A DNA stretch of 64,000 nucleotides from Basidiobolus meristosporus CBS 931.73. Taxonomy: Eukaryota > Fungi > Basidiobolomycota. The number at the start of each line of letters is the position of its first letter. Position 1 is the first letter of the stretch. The notes under the pieces were generated by a model. The model saw only the letters and a list, made by a program, of their open reading frames with translations. It had not been told where the DNA came from and searched no databases. The translations under genes and the position numbers were made by a program. This document shows positions 13,201 through 23,610 of the stretch, piece by piece. Location of the stretch: the NCBI GenBank assembly GCA_002104905.1, contig MCFE01000132.1, forward strand, positions 1 through 64,000. The letters run 5' to 3'.

Positions 13201-14939
13201 ATGTCCCAGCTGGAGCCCACAGTCCCTTCCGCCTCCCCTGACAAAGTAAGCTTCCGGCGTTGGCCCTTCCCCCAACAATTCATCTTACATCTTTCCCGCA
13301 GCCCAGCTACCATCAAGATTTGGCAATAACGGTGACCGATAATGAGAAGCTCGACTATGTTGATCCACTGGTATGCATTCCCACACTGCACTCCCCGAAA
13401 GCCTCTGATGCTAACCACTGTCCAGACTTGGCGACGGTCCAAGAAAATGGGCATTCTGGTGATGGTTGCCCTTGTTGGGTTTCTAGGACCACTAGCAAGT
13501 GCAATCTATGTATGTACACCAGATATCGATTCCTCAAGTGTGCTTAACTAACCCTTGTTGCGACGAACAGCTGCCAGCATTGGTAGACGTCCGAGCCGCC
13601 CTTAACACCGATATCAATACAATCAATGCCTCGGTGGCTTGCTACGTACTCTTCAGCGGACTTGGGGTAAGCCTTGAGCTAGGTTCAAACCGCTGGTGAT
13701 GTGGAGGCTAACGTTTCTGTTAGCCGCTAGTTTGGGCACCTATTTCAGAGCGCCATGGCCGACGGGTCGTCTATCTACTCTCAACATTGCTCTTTTTCGT
13801 AGCCTCTATCGTTTGCGCACTCTCTAAGCATGTCACCATGTTTATCATCATGCGAATCCTTCAGAGTTCTGGTAGCTCGGCGGCCATGGTTGTGGGGGCA
13901 GGCTCGATTGCCGACTTGTTCGATATGCGGGAGCGTGGTACCGCCATGGGTAAGTGCTTGGTGGGATGCGAGCCGCGCTATAGAGCTAACCAGGCTTCAT
14001 CTAGGACTCTTCTTTATTGGCCCGTTGGTTGGCCCCATTACCGGCTCGATTATAGGTGGAGTGATTAATGAGTACTTGGGCTGGCAGTGGATTTTCTGGA
14101 CCCTGGCCATCCTCAGCGGCCTCATCCTGGTGGCGAGCTACTTCTTTCTGCCGGAGACCTATCCAGCCAAGTTGAACAATCTGATCGAAGGCCGTGGGAA
14201 ACGCCACTTCCCCAATCCGTTCAGGCCTCTGTATTTCCTGAGGCACCCCGCGGTGTTGATGATCACCCTCTACCCAGGCATCATTTTTGGTGTATTGTTC
14301 TTGCTGCTGACCTTGCTCTCGGAGACGTACGCGGAGAAGTACCTGCTCTCGTCGGCAGAGATCGGCTTTTGCTATGGGTTCGAGGGCGCGGGCAGTATCC
14401 TTGGGACTATCGTCGGCGGCGTGTATACTGACTATACTCTGCGTAAACGGATGAAAGCCCACGGGGGAGATCACCATCCCGAGATGAGGCTGCACTCCAT
14501 GTGGATTGGCGCGTTTTTGGTGCCTATCGGCTGCCTTACATACGGCTGGTTGCTCTATTTCGACGCCCATTTCTTGTTACCGCTGATTGGCCATTTTTTA
14601 TGTAAGTCGCCCACCATACCCCTTGTGTGCCGCAACACATACTAACCTTTGTTATCGAAAATCCCAGTCGGCTTCGGCATGAACATCATTATCACCACCT
14701 GTAATACTTACCTGGTGGATGCCTACTCGAAGTATTCCGCATCCATCACCAGCTGCGGGATCTTTGTACGCAACGTATTGGCCACCATCACGCCTCTCTT
14801 CGCCCTGACCATGAGGCAGCGTCTAGGCGACGGCTGGATGATGACCATCTGGGGAGCCATCACCGGTGTGGCGGTGGTCCTGCCTGTACTGGTCTTGTAC
14901 AGAGGTGCGATATGGAGAGGCCCGATGGAGGCCAAGTGA
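13201..14939 (+). CDS. MFS transporter, DHA1 (drug:H+ antiporter 1) type, about 7 exons
   Basis: Spliced product contains WRRSKKMGIL, PLVWAPISERHGRR (motif A), GAGSIADLFDMRERG, GPLVGPITGSIIGG, GWQWIFW, LPET, PEMRL, YLVDAY and about 12 hydrophobic helices. Confidence 0.9.
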
Positions 14940-15615
14940 AAAGTCCCGTTGTAAATTCACCCAATCCAACTATCATGAAATTTTGTTGTGCAATTCCGTC
15001 TTCATGATTTCCTTGTATAGAATAAACGCTGCATTGCATCGCTTAGAGAGTTCACTGCCTCTCGTTTGCCATGCCAAGGATCGGTTTGCTAGTGTGCAAG
15101 TGTGTCTTTCCCCAGCCATGTAAGACTAAAGGATTGGCACCCGTCTGAAACTCAGTAGATCTCGGAGAATTAAGCCTCCTGAACGCCAGTTTCATTGAAT
15201 AGCTTGTGAAGTTGTCTAAGCACACATTCGCCCTACCACACCCCAACCACCCAATTATCTCCTGTTGGCTAGTCTGCGGAGTTGACAGGTTTCTGCACGG
15301 TGTTGGGTGGATGCTCTGGACCATCCAGGGTCGTATGGTGAGACGGGGTTTTACTCGGGGCACCTAAACAACGGAGGCTCTCAATTACTCGTCACCTTCG
15401 CCACCATATGTGCTATCAAGAGTCGGTTTGGCACATCATAGATTCAGAACTGTCTCAGCAATTGCTAGATCCGATCAACAAACGCCATTCAAATTGGCAG
15501 GCGAGCGTTCAGGAGTCTTGCTCCAGCGATTGGTCGTTGGATGGCCAATTCTCCGACCCTAACCCCCGCCCAGACATCCATGCTGAAACCCGAACACTTG
15601 GCGAATTTACCGGAT

Positions 15616-17177
15616 TTATTTCCACAATTTGTAGGGGAAACCATCAGGAATCAGATGGGGCTGATCAAGTATGATACCCGCACAGAACTCCAACGCATCC
15701 ACCAGCCTTGGCCCAGGCCGATTGAACATCTGTCGAGAAGAGAGGGTGAGCGAGGGGACGGGGGAAGTTCCAAAGATGACGCGTGGATGAGGTGTACCTG
15801 GGATCCATCCACAAGGTAGATGGCTCGGGTTTGTTTCGTGGCCTGCTGCCACCAGTCGTTCTCGGCGAGCAAGTTGGTTTGCTTCTCCGTCTCGACCAAG
15901 TCCAGGCCACAGGGGGCGATGATAATGATTTCCGCCTGGGTATCCACGATCTCCTCGGGGGTGAATGGGCGGCCATATCGGGCGAATTTCTCCCCCCTGG
16001 CGTTCGTCTTGACGCAACTGTTCAACGGATGAAGTCCGCCCGCTTGGTCCTAGTGTCAGTACCCTGGGTGGGGATCGCTACTTTCGCTGACCACATACCC
16101 ATTTCTACGATTTGCGGGGTCCTTTCCATGGTGCAAACAAGATTAGCCCCGATACCAACTCATCAGAACAGGCGCAAGCATACATACCAATGCCCAGAAA
16201 CGTACACCTATCCCCAAACCAAACCGCGCTTGGTTACTCACTTGTCCAAGAAATACAGAAGAGAACTTCCACCTACCGGGTCCGGCCATTCGATGACCAA
16301 GCACCGCGGCTTGACGAAGTCCCCTCGGTCCAAGACGTGCTGTTCCACGGCCCGGATCCGGGCTGACAACTCGTCAAGCACCAACTGGGCTTCTTGCGCG
16401 AGGCCGACAGCATTTCCAATCATGGTCACCTCCTCCAGCATATCCCCCAAGCAATTGGGATTGAGGTCCAACACGACCGGGGTCTTCTCCATGGAAGCTG
16501 CTACTCTCTCCACCGACATGAAGTCAATAGCACATACCTTACACAGAGACTACGTCGAGGGGCGGAAGTGGGGATTCAGTTGACTTGTTCGTAGGTAGAC
16601 GGAATCGGGAAAAGTCCCCTCACCTGAGCCAGGATTACTTCGGGTTCGAGGGCTTTTAGCAGGTCCACGTCGAGGGTATACAAGCTTTGGCCCAAGGCCA
16701 GGGCCTCGGAGACCTGACGGTTAACGTCCGCGGGGGTCTGAAGTAGCTAGTTTAGAAGGGGTCGGGTGGAGAGCAGGCCTCTCGGGTTTACCGTGAACGT
16801 GGTCCTCTGCTTTGTCAGGCAAGGTCTGTCCGTGATACTTCTGCGAAGGGGCCGTCCGAGCCGGAGACCTGGCTTAGCGTCTCGAAAGTCCACTCACTAG
16901 CTTACACAGTGGGTGCACCTACCTGGGGTAATCGTCTGAAACCAGTTACCAACCGGAGACGGGGTGGTTCATTTATGGCTCAGAGATGCTTATGAAAAAC
17001 CCTACCTTCATGGCTTCTTCCCACTAGGAGTTCCGTGCCACCTGTTGAGGTCGAAAGTTGGGTTATAGGAATGGAAGGCTACGGCGGCGACGGTTGGAAA
17101 GTACCTGGAATGGAGCCGAGGATCTCGGTGGCGGAAGGCAGTAGGGAGATGACTCGTGTTTTGGGAGGAGACAGCAT
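15616..17177 (-). CDS. BtuF/COG0614-like (Peripla_BP_2) cobalamin/Fe-siderophore-binding protein homologue, 10 exons, 319 aa, no signal peptide
   Basis: Exons 17177-17105, 17041-17006, 16935-16923, 16840-16792, 16737-16624, 16549-16277, 16207-16188, 16121-16099, 16042-15798, 15729-15616 sum to 960 nt in frame. Protein: MLSPPKTRVISLLPSATEIL...LVGRSHEDDYP...LEPEVILAQSLCKVCAID...PRCLVIEWPDPVYVSGHWTPQIVEMAGG...IIIAPCGLDL...YLVDGSQMFNRPGPRLVDALE. Confidence 0.85.
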
Positions 17178-17802
17178 GATAGGGTTAGGATACGTGTTCT
17201 ACGAATTACACGGTAAGCGAAGAGGGAATTTTCAAGCCGGCAAAATTCCCCGCTCACCCCCCAGTCATCCACCTGGGATTCGTCTAGATGCCTGGTCTCA
17301 AGCCACTGCGTCGGAGTGATCTTTCACCCATGGTGATCCACGCAGATAAATCATCTCCCTCCGGCCTGTATATACCCAGTAATCCCCATCATTTCCCCTG
17401 TCAATCGGCGTGGAGAAAATTCTCCGATCCGCCTCGCCCAGCCAATAGCCTGAAGTTACCAGGCGGGTGGGCTTTCTTGCCTACCGCATCTCGAATGAAC
17501 TTCTCCACTTTTACCAACGAACTCCTCGAAGATCCTGACCCCCACCTGAGCAGAAGGTGCGTGGATGCTCTGAACATGTTGTGCTCGTTCCACGATGTCA
17601 ATGCGCATCCGGGTGAGGGTTGCTGTTGAGAATTCGCCAATTATGAACATCTGCGGCCAATCAGCAGTATCTATGTCGAAGAAGTGTACTGCTTTCGTAT
17701 ACTGGTTCGAGGGAATTGCATATCGTAGGCCTGACTATCAACCTGTACGATACATAGCCAATTGCCCAATTTGACATCTTGTTGAACCTGAATAAAGCCT
17801 GT

Positions 17803-17836
17803 CACACACACACACACACGCACGCACGCACACATA
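17803..17836. repeat. (CA)n microsatellite; an (ACCGTA)n repeat lies near 17928-17949
   Basis: Directly visible in the intergenic region upstream of the MBL gene. Confidence 0.85.
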
Positions 17837-17993
17837 CAAACGCACACATTCCCAGCCAACCTTTAACTATATAAAGTCCACCAGGACTGAATATTGGAAG
17901 GATCCCCACTCCATATCGTTCCATCGCAACCGTAACCGTAACCGTAACCGACTCCTCCAACGTTTCCCTAGATACTCCCACCTGCCCCTCACC

Positions 17994-18913
17994 ATGAACC
18001 AGATAACCCAACTCCCTTTCGTTCACGTCCCGGTTGGGTCCTTCCTTGTCCGGTGCGTTGACCCCGCCGGCCTACCCACTCACGACTGGATCCTGGTGGA
18101 CTCGGGCGAAGCGAGCCAGGTACCGCGCTTGCTGAAGGCCATCGATGGCCTGTTGTCCCACGAGGAGGACCGCGTCCGGTATGTTTGCCTCACCCACGGC
18201 CACCTTGACCATACCGCGGCCACCCCGGCCGTTCTGGAGAGGTTCCCGGGGTGCCAGGTGGTGTTGCACCCCGAAGAGATCCCATTCGTCTGCGAGGGAA
18301 AACCCTTCGGAAGTTGCCCGGGCGACACTTGGGCTTTCAAACTCTTGAAGAGGTTCTCCCACGAGGCCACCGTCAGGGTCCCTCGGGAGCGTGTTCTGCC
18401 TCTTAAGGATGGGGAGAGGTGGGAGTACGAGCATATCATACGGCTGGTAGAGACGCCCGGCCACACACCAGGTAATGGCGTTTCAGGCGAGTCGAGTGCA
18501 GGCGGTTCTTGTCCGGGTGCTTTGCATTGCATTGCATTGCATCGCATCGCATCGCATCGGATCATGCATCACGGCAGCATCGGGATCGAACACGTCATCA
18601 ATGATGCCGAGCTAATCCCTTCTCTCTCGTGCCAGGTTCTGCCTCGTATCTTCATGTTCCCTCACGATCGCTCTTGGTGGGTGATGCGGTGATGAACATC
18701 GTCGGGCCAATGGCCAAGCGGCCCGGTATCTCGGGGCCGATGGCCATGTCCACCTGCCATTGGGGGGATGCGATGAAGGCCATCACCAAGATCACCCAGC
18801 TCCACGAACAGGTGGACAACGTCTTCCCCGCGCACGACTACAGCCCCAAGGGCGTCCATATCTCCAAGATCCAATCGTTCCACCCCTCTGCACCGAAGTC
18901 TGGAACGAGCTGA
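17994..18913 (+). CDS. Metallo-beta-lactamase-fold hydrolase, 2 exons, about 251 aa
   Basis: Exons 17994-18471 and 18636-18913 (756 nt). All metal-ligand motifs present: LVDSG, THGHLDH, GHTPG, VGDA, PAHD. The intron contains (TTGCA)n/(TCGCA)n pentamers. Confidence 0.88.
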
Positions 18914-19220
18914 GGTAACCGTATTCATGTTCGCCCTCTGCATCACTGAAAACCTCGTCCTACGGACCGTAATAAACTGCCATCTCATCACGTGACTACC
19001 GTAGAATGAGGGGCGTCTTACAACATCGTTTATTTCTGGTTTCAACGTTCAACCGTTCAATCCCGTTCTCAGCGAGAGGGCTACGCTAGCGAGAATCGGA
19101 CCCGGTCCCAACGTCCCGGCAAGGGACCCAAGGACCTGCTGCTGTTACTAGGTCACATCCAACGATGACGGGAAACGACCAACCTACGTACCAACCTAAG
19201 TCCCGCCACCTCACCTCGAC

Positions 19221-19800
19221 CTAAAGTCCATCCGAAAGCGAGCGAGCCTGGTCCATGTTCAAGCCTTTCTGGCTGTAGTCATGCGCGGGGAAGACGGTAC
19301 CCACACGTTCCTGCAGGGCGGCCATCTTTTGGATGGCTTTCTTGGCGTCCCCCGAGTGGCAGGTGGAGATGGCGAGCGGGAGTCCGACCGTGGGGGTCTT
19401 GGCGCCGAACAGGCAGTAGGAAGTGTTGGTTATCGCGTCTCCGACCACGAGGGATCGGGACGGTACGTGGAGGAACGAGGCGGACCCTAAGTCGGCAAAA
19501 AGGTTAGGGTTGGTTGCCAAGCCGCCGGGACTTCTCGCGTGCCAACCGGGCTGGTTCAACGAACGGTTGGGTTACCTGGGGTGTGTCCGGATGATGCTTG
19601 CTACGCTGGATCCCAACTACACCGGGTTTTCAGTTCACGTATGCGGTGCTCGAACGACTCATGCATGGGAGGAACTCGTGGCACGATGGATTTTACATGC
19701 TACAGGGTCCAAGAAATGGCATGTGTCCTGGTACTCGGCGCGTCACGGGTAAACGGGGTTGCCGGCTTCCATATGTCATAGGTCCAAATTGGCTGAAAAA
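19221..19800 (-). pseudogene. Decayed second MBL-fold paralogue, tail-to-tail with the first
   Basis: Last exon 19486-19221 (GSASFLHVPSRSLVVGDA...STCHSGDAKKAI...VFPAHDYSQKG) is open and clearly similar to paralogue 1, with the same phase-1 intron after GHTP. The upstream frame (FEHRIRELKT) carries in-frame TAG stops, e.g. 19603-19601; no intact HxHxDH found. Confidence 0.7.
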
Positions 19801-20049
19801 GTCGGCGAATTTGGTGGCCTTCAGATGAGAGGAGTTTGTTGGTAGCTAATTCAGAATGATTGTCATCTGTCCAAAAGCCTGTACTCTATCTGTTGGCTCT
19901 TAAATTCGATTTGAGGGGAGGAGCAAACCAAACCATTCCTGGACCACATCAGAACGGTCAAGTGGCTGATGCAAAGAAAATCAATGGGTGCTCATCATCA
20001 ATCAACACACAAACTGACATGGTGTATGCACAACACCTTATGGCGGGAT

Positions 20050-20299
20050 TGTGACAGTGTTTGCTGTTTTTACTGCCAAATCAAGTAATAAACTTGATGA
20101 TGTTTTAACAGTCTTTTAGTGGAACTTACATGGCATTCAGATGGTTTTTATGTGGTCTACATTTACTGTAGCAGACCTAACCAGCCAGTACATGCAACTG
20201 CCTTATATGGCAGAAAACTTGAAAGTGCTTGACAGCCTTGATGCGGACCTCTGGTAGGCATTATCACAGCAGTACAACAGCCTGTAGCTAGTCCTGTAT
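20050..20299 (-). mobile_element. Fragment of the CACTA-type transposase 3' region
   Basis: Nucleotide similarity by eye to 21880-22010 and 38610-38740. Confidence 0.55.
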
Positions 20300-20660
20300 T
20301 GTTGTAAAATTTGCAATTCCACCTAAATATTCACCCAGCTCAGTCACTTGGATCATAATGTACAAATCTCAGAAAATACCCACCAAATTCCTTGTTGGGA
20401 GTTACATCAAAAATATTCACCAAAACATCAGGTACCTGTGACTTGAAGATTCTCAGAGTAGTCCAAACAGCTCCAGCCTTTGCACCTATGTTTTTGTTGC
20501 TGCAATATTCTGAGGAGTATTGGAAGTGATGTGGAGATCTAGAGGATTCACATGTTGTATATTTGTAGATAACAAGGCAAACAAAGGTATAGAGTTTGCT
20601 AAGGAAGGTCCCAACAATATGTGGGCTAAGTTTGGGGTCTTTTGAACATCTGAGAAAGGT
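20300..20660. repeat. Rearranged or chimeric LTR-A-related sequence
   Basis: 20300-20490 matches the reverse complement of the right half of the 24328-24676 LTR; from about 20495 a related LTR start in the opposite orientation follows. Confidence 0.6.
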
Positions 20661-21105
20661 CATATTGTAGACTTGTTCTGTTGGATTGTGCTACATTGAG
20701 CCATGAGTGCCAAATGATACCATAGTGTGCCAGGGAAGTCAAGTGGACCTATACTTCACCACAGAGTGTGAAACATAGTTTTTCATCTTCATGCAAAGCA
20801 GTCCCTGTGCTTCACCCATTATGCTGGAGAGAATCCATTTTTTGACCTTTTGTTGGGACCAATGTTGTGCAGGATGTGTAAGGGCACAGAAGAGCTGGAT
20901 ATATCTATCTGGTACTCAATACCCATGGCACTCTGAATCTAGCTCCTGAAGCTTGTAACATGTACCAAAAATGCATGGCACTATCTTAGTCTACTGGTGC
21001 TATCTGGCACTGTATTTAAATATTAGCCCTAAAGTAGAACCTATACAAAGCACTTATTGTGCCAGATAGTACCAGTGGCTCAAGATAGTGCCATGAGTAT
21101 ATATA

Positions 21106-21315
21106 AGACTTGTTCCATCATTCCAGCTGATCATGGTACCCAATAGTGCCATAGCATGCCAGATAGTGCCTGATCATGCCACAGAGTGCCAGATGGTGCC
21201 ATACAGTGCCAATTTAGGATCATAATGGACATGCATATGACCCTAAATATCAAATTAATAACAAAATATACAGCACTTTCTGGCACCATGATCAATGGCT
21301 CAATGGAGCAAGTCT
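21106..21315. mobile_element. MITE, 210 bp, TIR AGACTTGTTCCAT
   Basis: Ends AGACTTGTTCCAT / ATGGAGCAAGTCT, flanked by ATA/ATA, internal GTGCCA repeats; homologous to 36314-36494. Confidence 0.8.
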
Positions 21316-21699
21316 ATACTACTTTTACACTCAATAAGTGATTAAGTGAATGCCACAATAGCTACTGACTCTCCAAGTCACTTCTGGTATCTCCAAGACT
21401 CTTAAAACATGAATCACTTATTACAGGGAGAGAACACACTTGGTGGTACTCAATTTTCTGGATCAGATTTGAGGAGTTGTCATTGATCAATCCACAATCA
21501 AGCTCTGCAATACCAAATACTGATACACTGGAGTCTGACTTTGGAGTACTCATTAAGGTAGCTTTCAAATGCAGTTTATTTGATTCAACCTGGTCCATTC
21601 CATCAAAAGTTGTTATTGATCTAAGCCTTACAAGAGATAATTTGGTCCCATAGGAGGACCCAATCTAGATCAGCAGTCAGGATCCCACAATAAGGCCAT

Positions 21700-23610
21700 C
21701 ATAGTGCCAGCGGCTTGAAATTATTGACCCTTTACACAATCTTATGAAAGGATTGGGACAGTGTTTTGCCAAATTTACTGCCAAATAAGATTAAAAACTT
21801 GATGTTATTTAAGCAGTCTTTTGACAAGAATTGCTTGGCATTCTAACAGTTTTAATGTACTCTACACTTATTTGAGCAAACCTAAATGGCCAGTACATCC
21901 AAGTGCCTTTCATGGCAAGAAGCTCAACAGTGTTCTGATAGCCTCATTACAAGCCTTTGCTGGCATTAGCATGGCAGTATGGCAGCCTACTGCTAGTTCA
22001 GTATAATGCACTGTGCTAATGTACCAAGTGTCATCCCTTTTTCTACCTCACCTTGCACCATTGATTTATCCCACTGTAGAATCACTCACCTTTATTTGCT
22101 TACCCAATACTACCTTGGGCACTCCACATATAGTTCAAATAAACCCAGCTTACTAACCTCTACATATATGCACACCTGCTGCAATTGTCATACTTTGATC
22201 ACCTCAGCTTTACACCCTTTCAGTGTGATACGTGCAAAGTTGCACTATACCTTATATTGCTGGTGACATATAAATCTGGTAAACATATGTTTGGTTGCAG
22301 CCACTTTTGCCATGATTACCTCCTGAATATCTGCACAAAACCTTTGGTATTTAGCCAATATATTCCTTTGCCCTGCTGGATTCTAGTTGCCCTTATAGGT
22401 GTACTCCAGCTCTTGCTTATGCAGATTCTGTATGAAATAGTGTAGAAGTAAGCTTGTTACCAAGAGAAGCCAGGCAGACTTTGGTAAAGTTGTCCCAATA
22501 AAAACCAGTTGCTTGTTGTGTGCAAGCTAACCATGCATAACTTAGCTGACTATCCATGTATTGGGGCTGCTTAGCTTCATAATGCCAAAGGCATAGGTGC
22601 CTCCATGTGCACATCTGTCCTCAGTATTTTCCAACTCTTCCTGACTGCTGTCCATGTGCCAAATGATGACCTCTATGATGGACCTGAAGGTTCTATCCTT
22701 GAAGTGAATGGGATATGCTAATACCCACAACTTGACTTGTCTTCCTATCTCCCCACACATCCACTCCATAGAAAACTCCCAAAAGATGAAGTAAGGCCCA
22801 TTATTTTCCACACACTGGGCAAGATGGAGTAGATAATGGATACAGTAGTGGAAGAGATCTAAACATTCAGCTTTATGCTTGTAGTATAGCTGCTCAGATT
22901 CCATCATAAACTCCTTGCCTAAAAGCTATAGATGCATCAAATTGGCATTGGTGGTTTACTTTTGGATAAATATTGCCACAATGTCAACATAAGACTACTA
23001 ATGCTTCCAATTTACTCTTGGTAGAATTGCCTTCAGAAGGCCACCTGAATAAACACCTATCCAGCTCATCCAGTCCTTGCATTAGTATAGCTACATATGC
23101 ATATGAATATTGATTGGACAGTGCCAGAAGTACTTTGGGTAGCAGGTACTCTGTAATATCTTGCCAGCTCTTTCAGATTTTGTCAGTATCTCAAAGGGCT
23201 CATTCAGCTCAATATGCCCCATGAGCATCTTGGTTGTTAGTAAAGGGATATTGTTAAAAAGCAAATGCATTGCTCCTAATGGAAAGCTTTTGCTCCAACA
23301 GATACCCTCTATCTTAAGTATTTCTGATTTTGGATTAAATCCATATGCTGGCCAATGGCTTATAGCTTACCTACTTTGCTGCAATTACATGCTGACTTCT
23401 CTATGTTCTTTATGTGGGAAGATGACATTGTTAGTGTTAGTGATTAGTTAATATTCAAGTATGTGAGTTATGGAGTAAATCCAGTGGATCTCACACATTT
23501 GACAGCAATACCATCCATTGCACCCAGAAGAGCTGGCTGTCTTGCAGATGGCAGGGGTATCTCCAGTGCAGATAATATACTTGCTCCATGATATCATACC
23601 AGGGCATGCA
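21700..23610 (-). pseudogene. CACTA/EnSpm-type transposase (Transposase_21 + DUF4218-like), C-terminal half, decayed
   Basis: Fragments IICTGDTPAICK..GCNGWYCCQMC and IHYLLHLAQCVENNGP..WEFSMEWMCG; many stops. Confidence 0.75.

Noticed and set aside
15783-16583. 266-aa plus-strand ORF and other overlapping ORFs at 15.4-16.6 kb
   Set aside because: Antisense or off-frame to the spliced binding-protein gene.
17288-17650. Several 60-110-aa ORFs between the binding-protein and MBL genes
   Set aside because: GC-rich divergent promoter region; no motif or convincing splice pattern.
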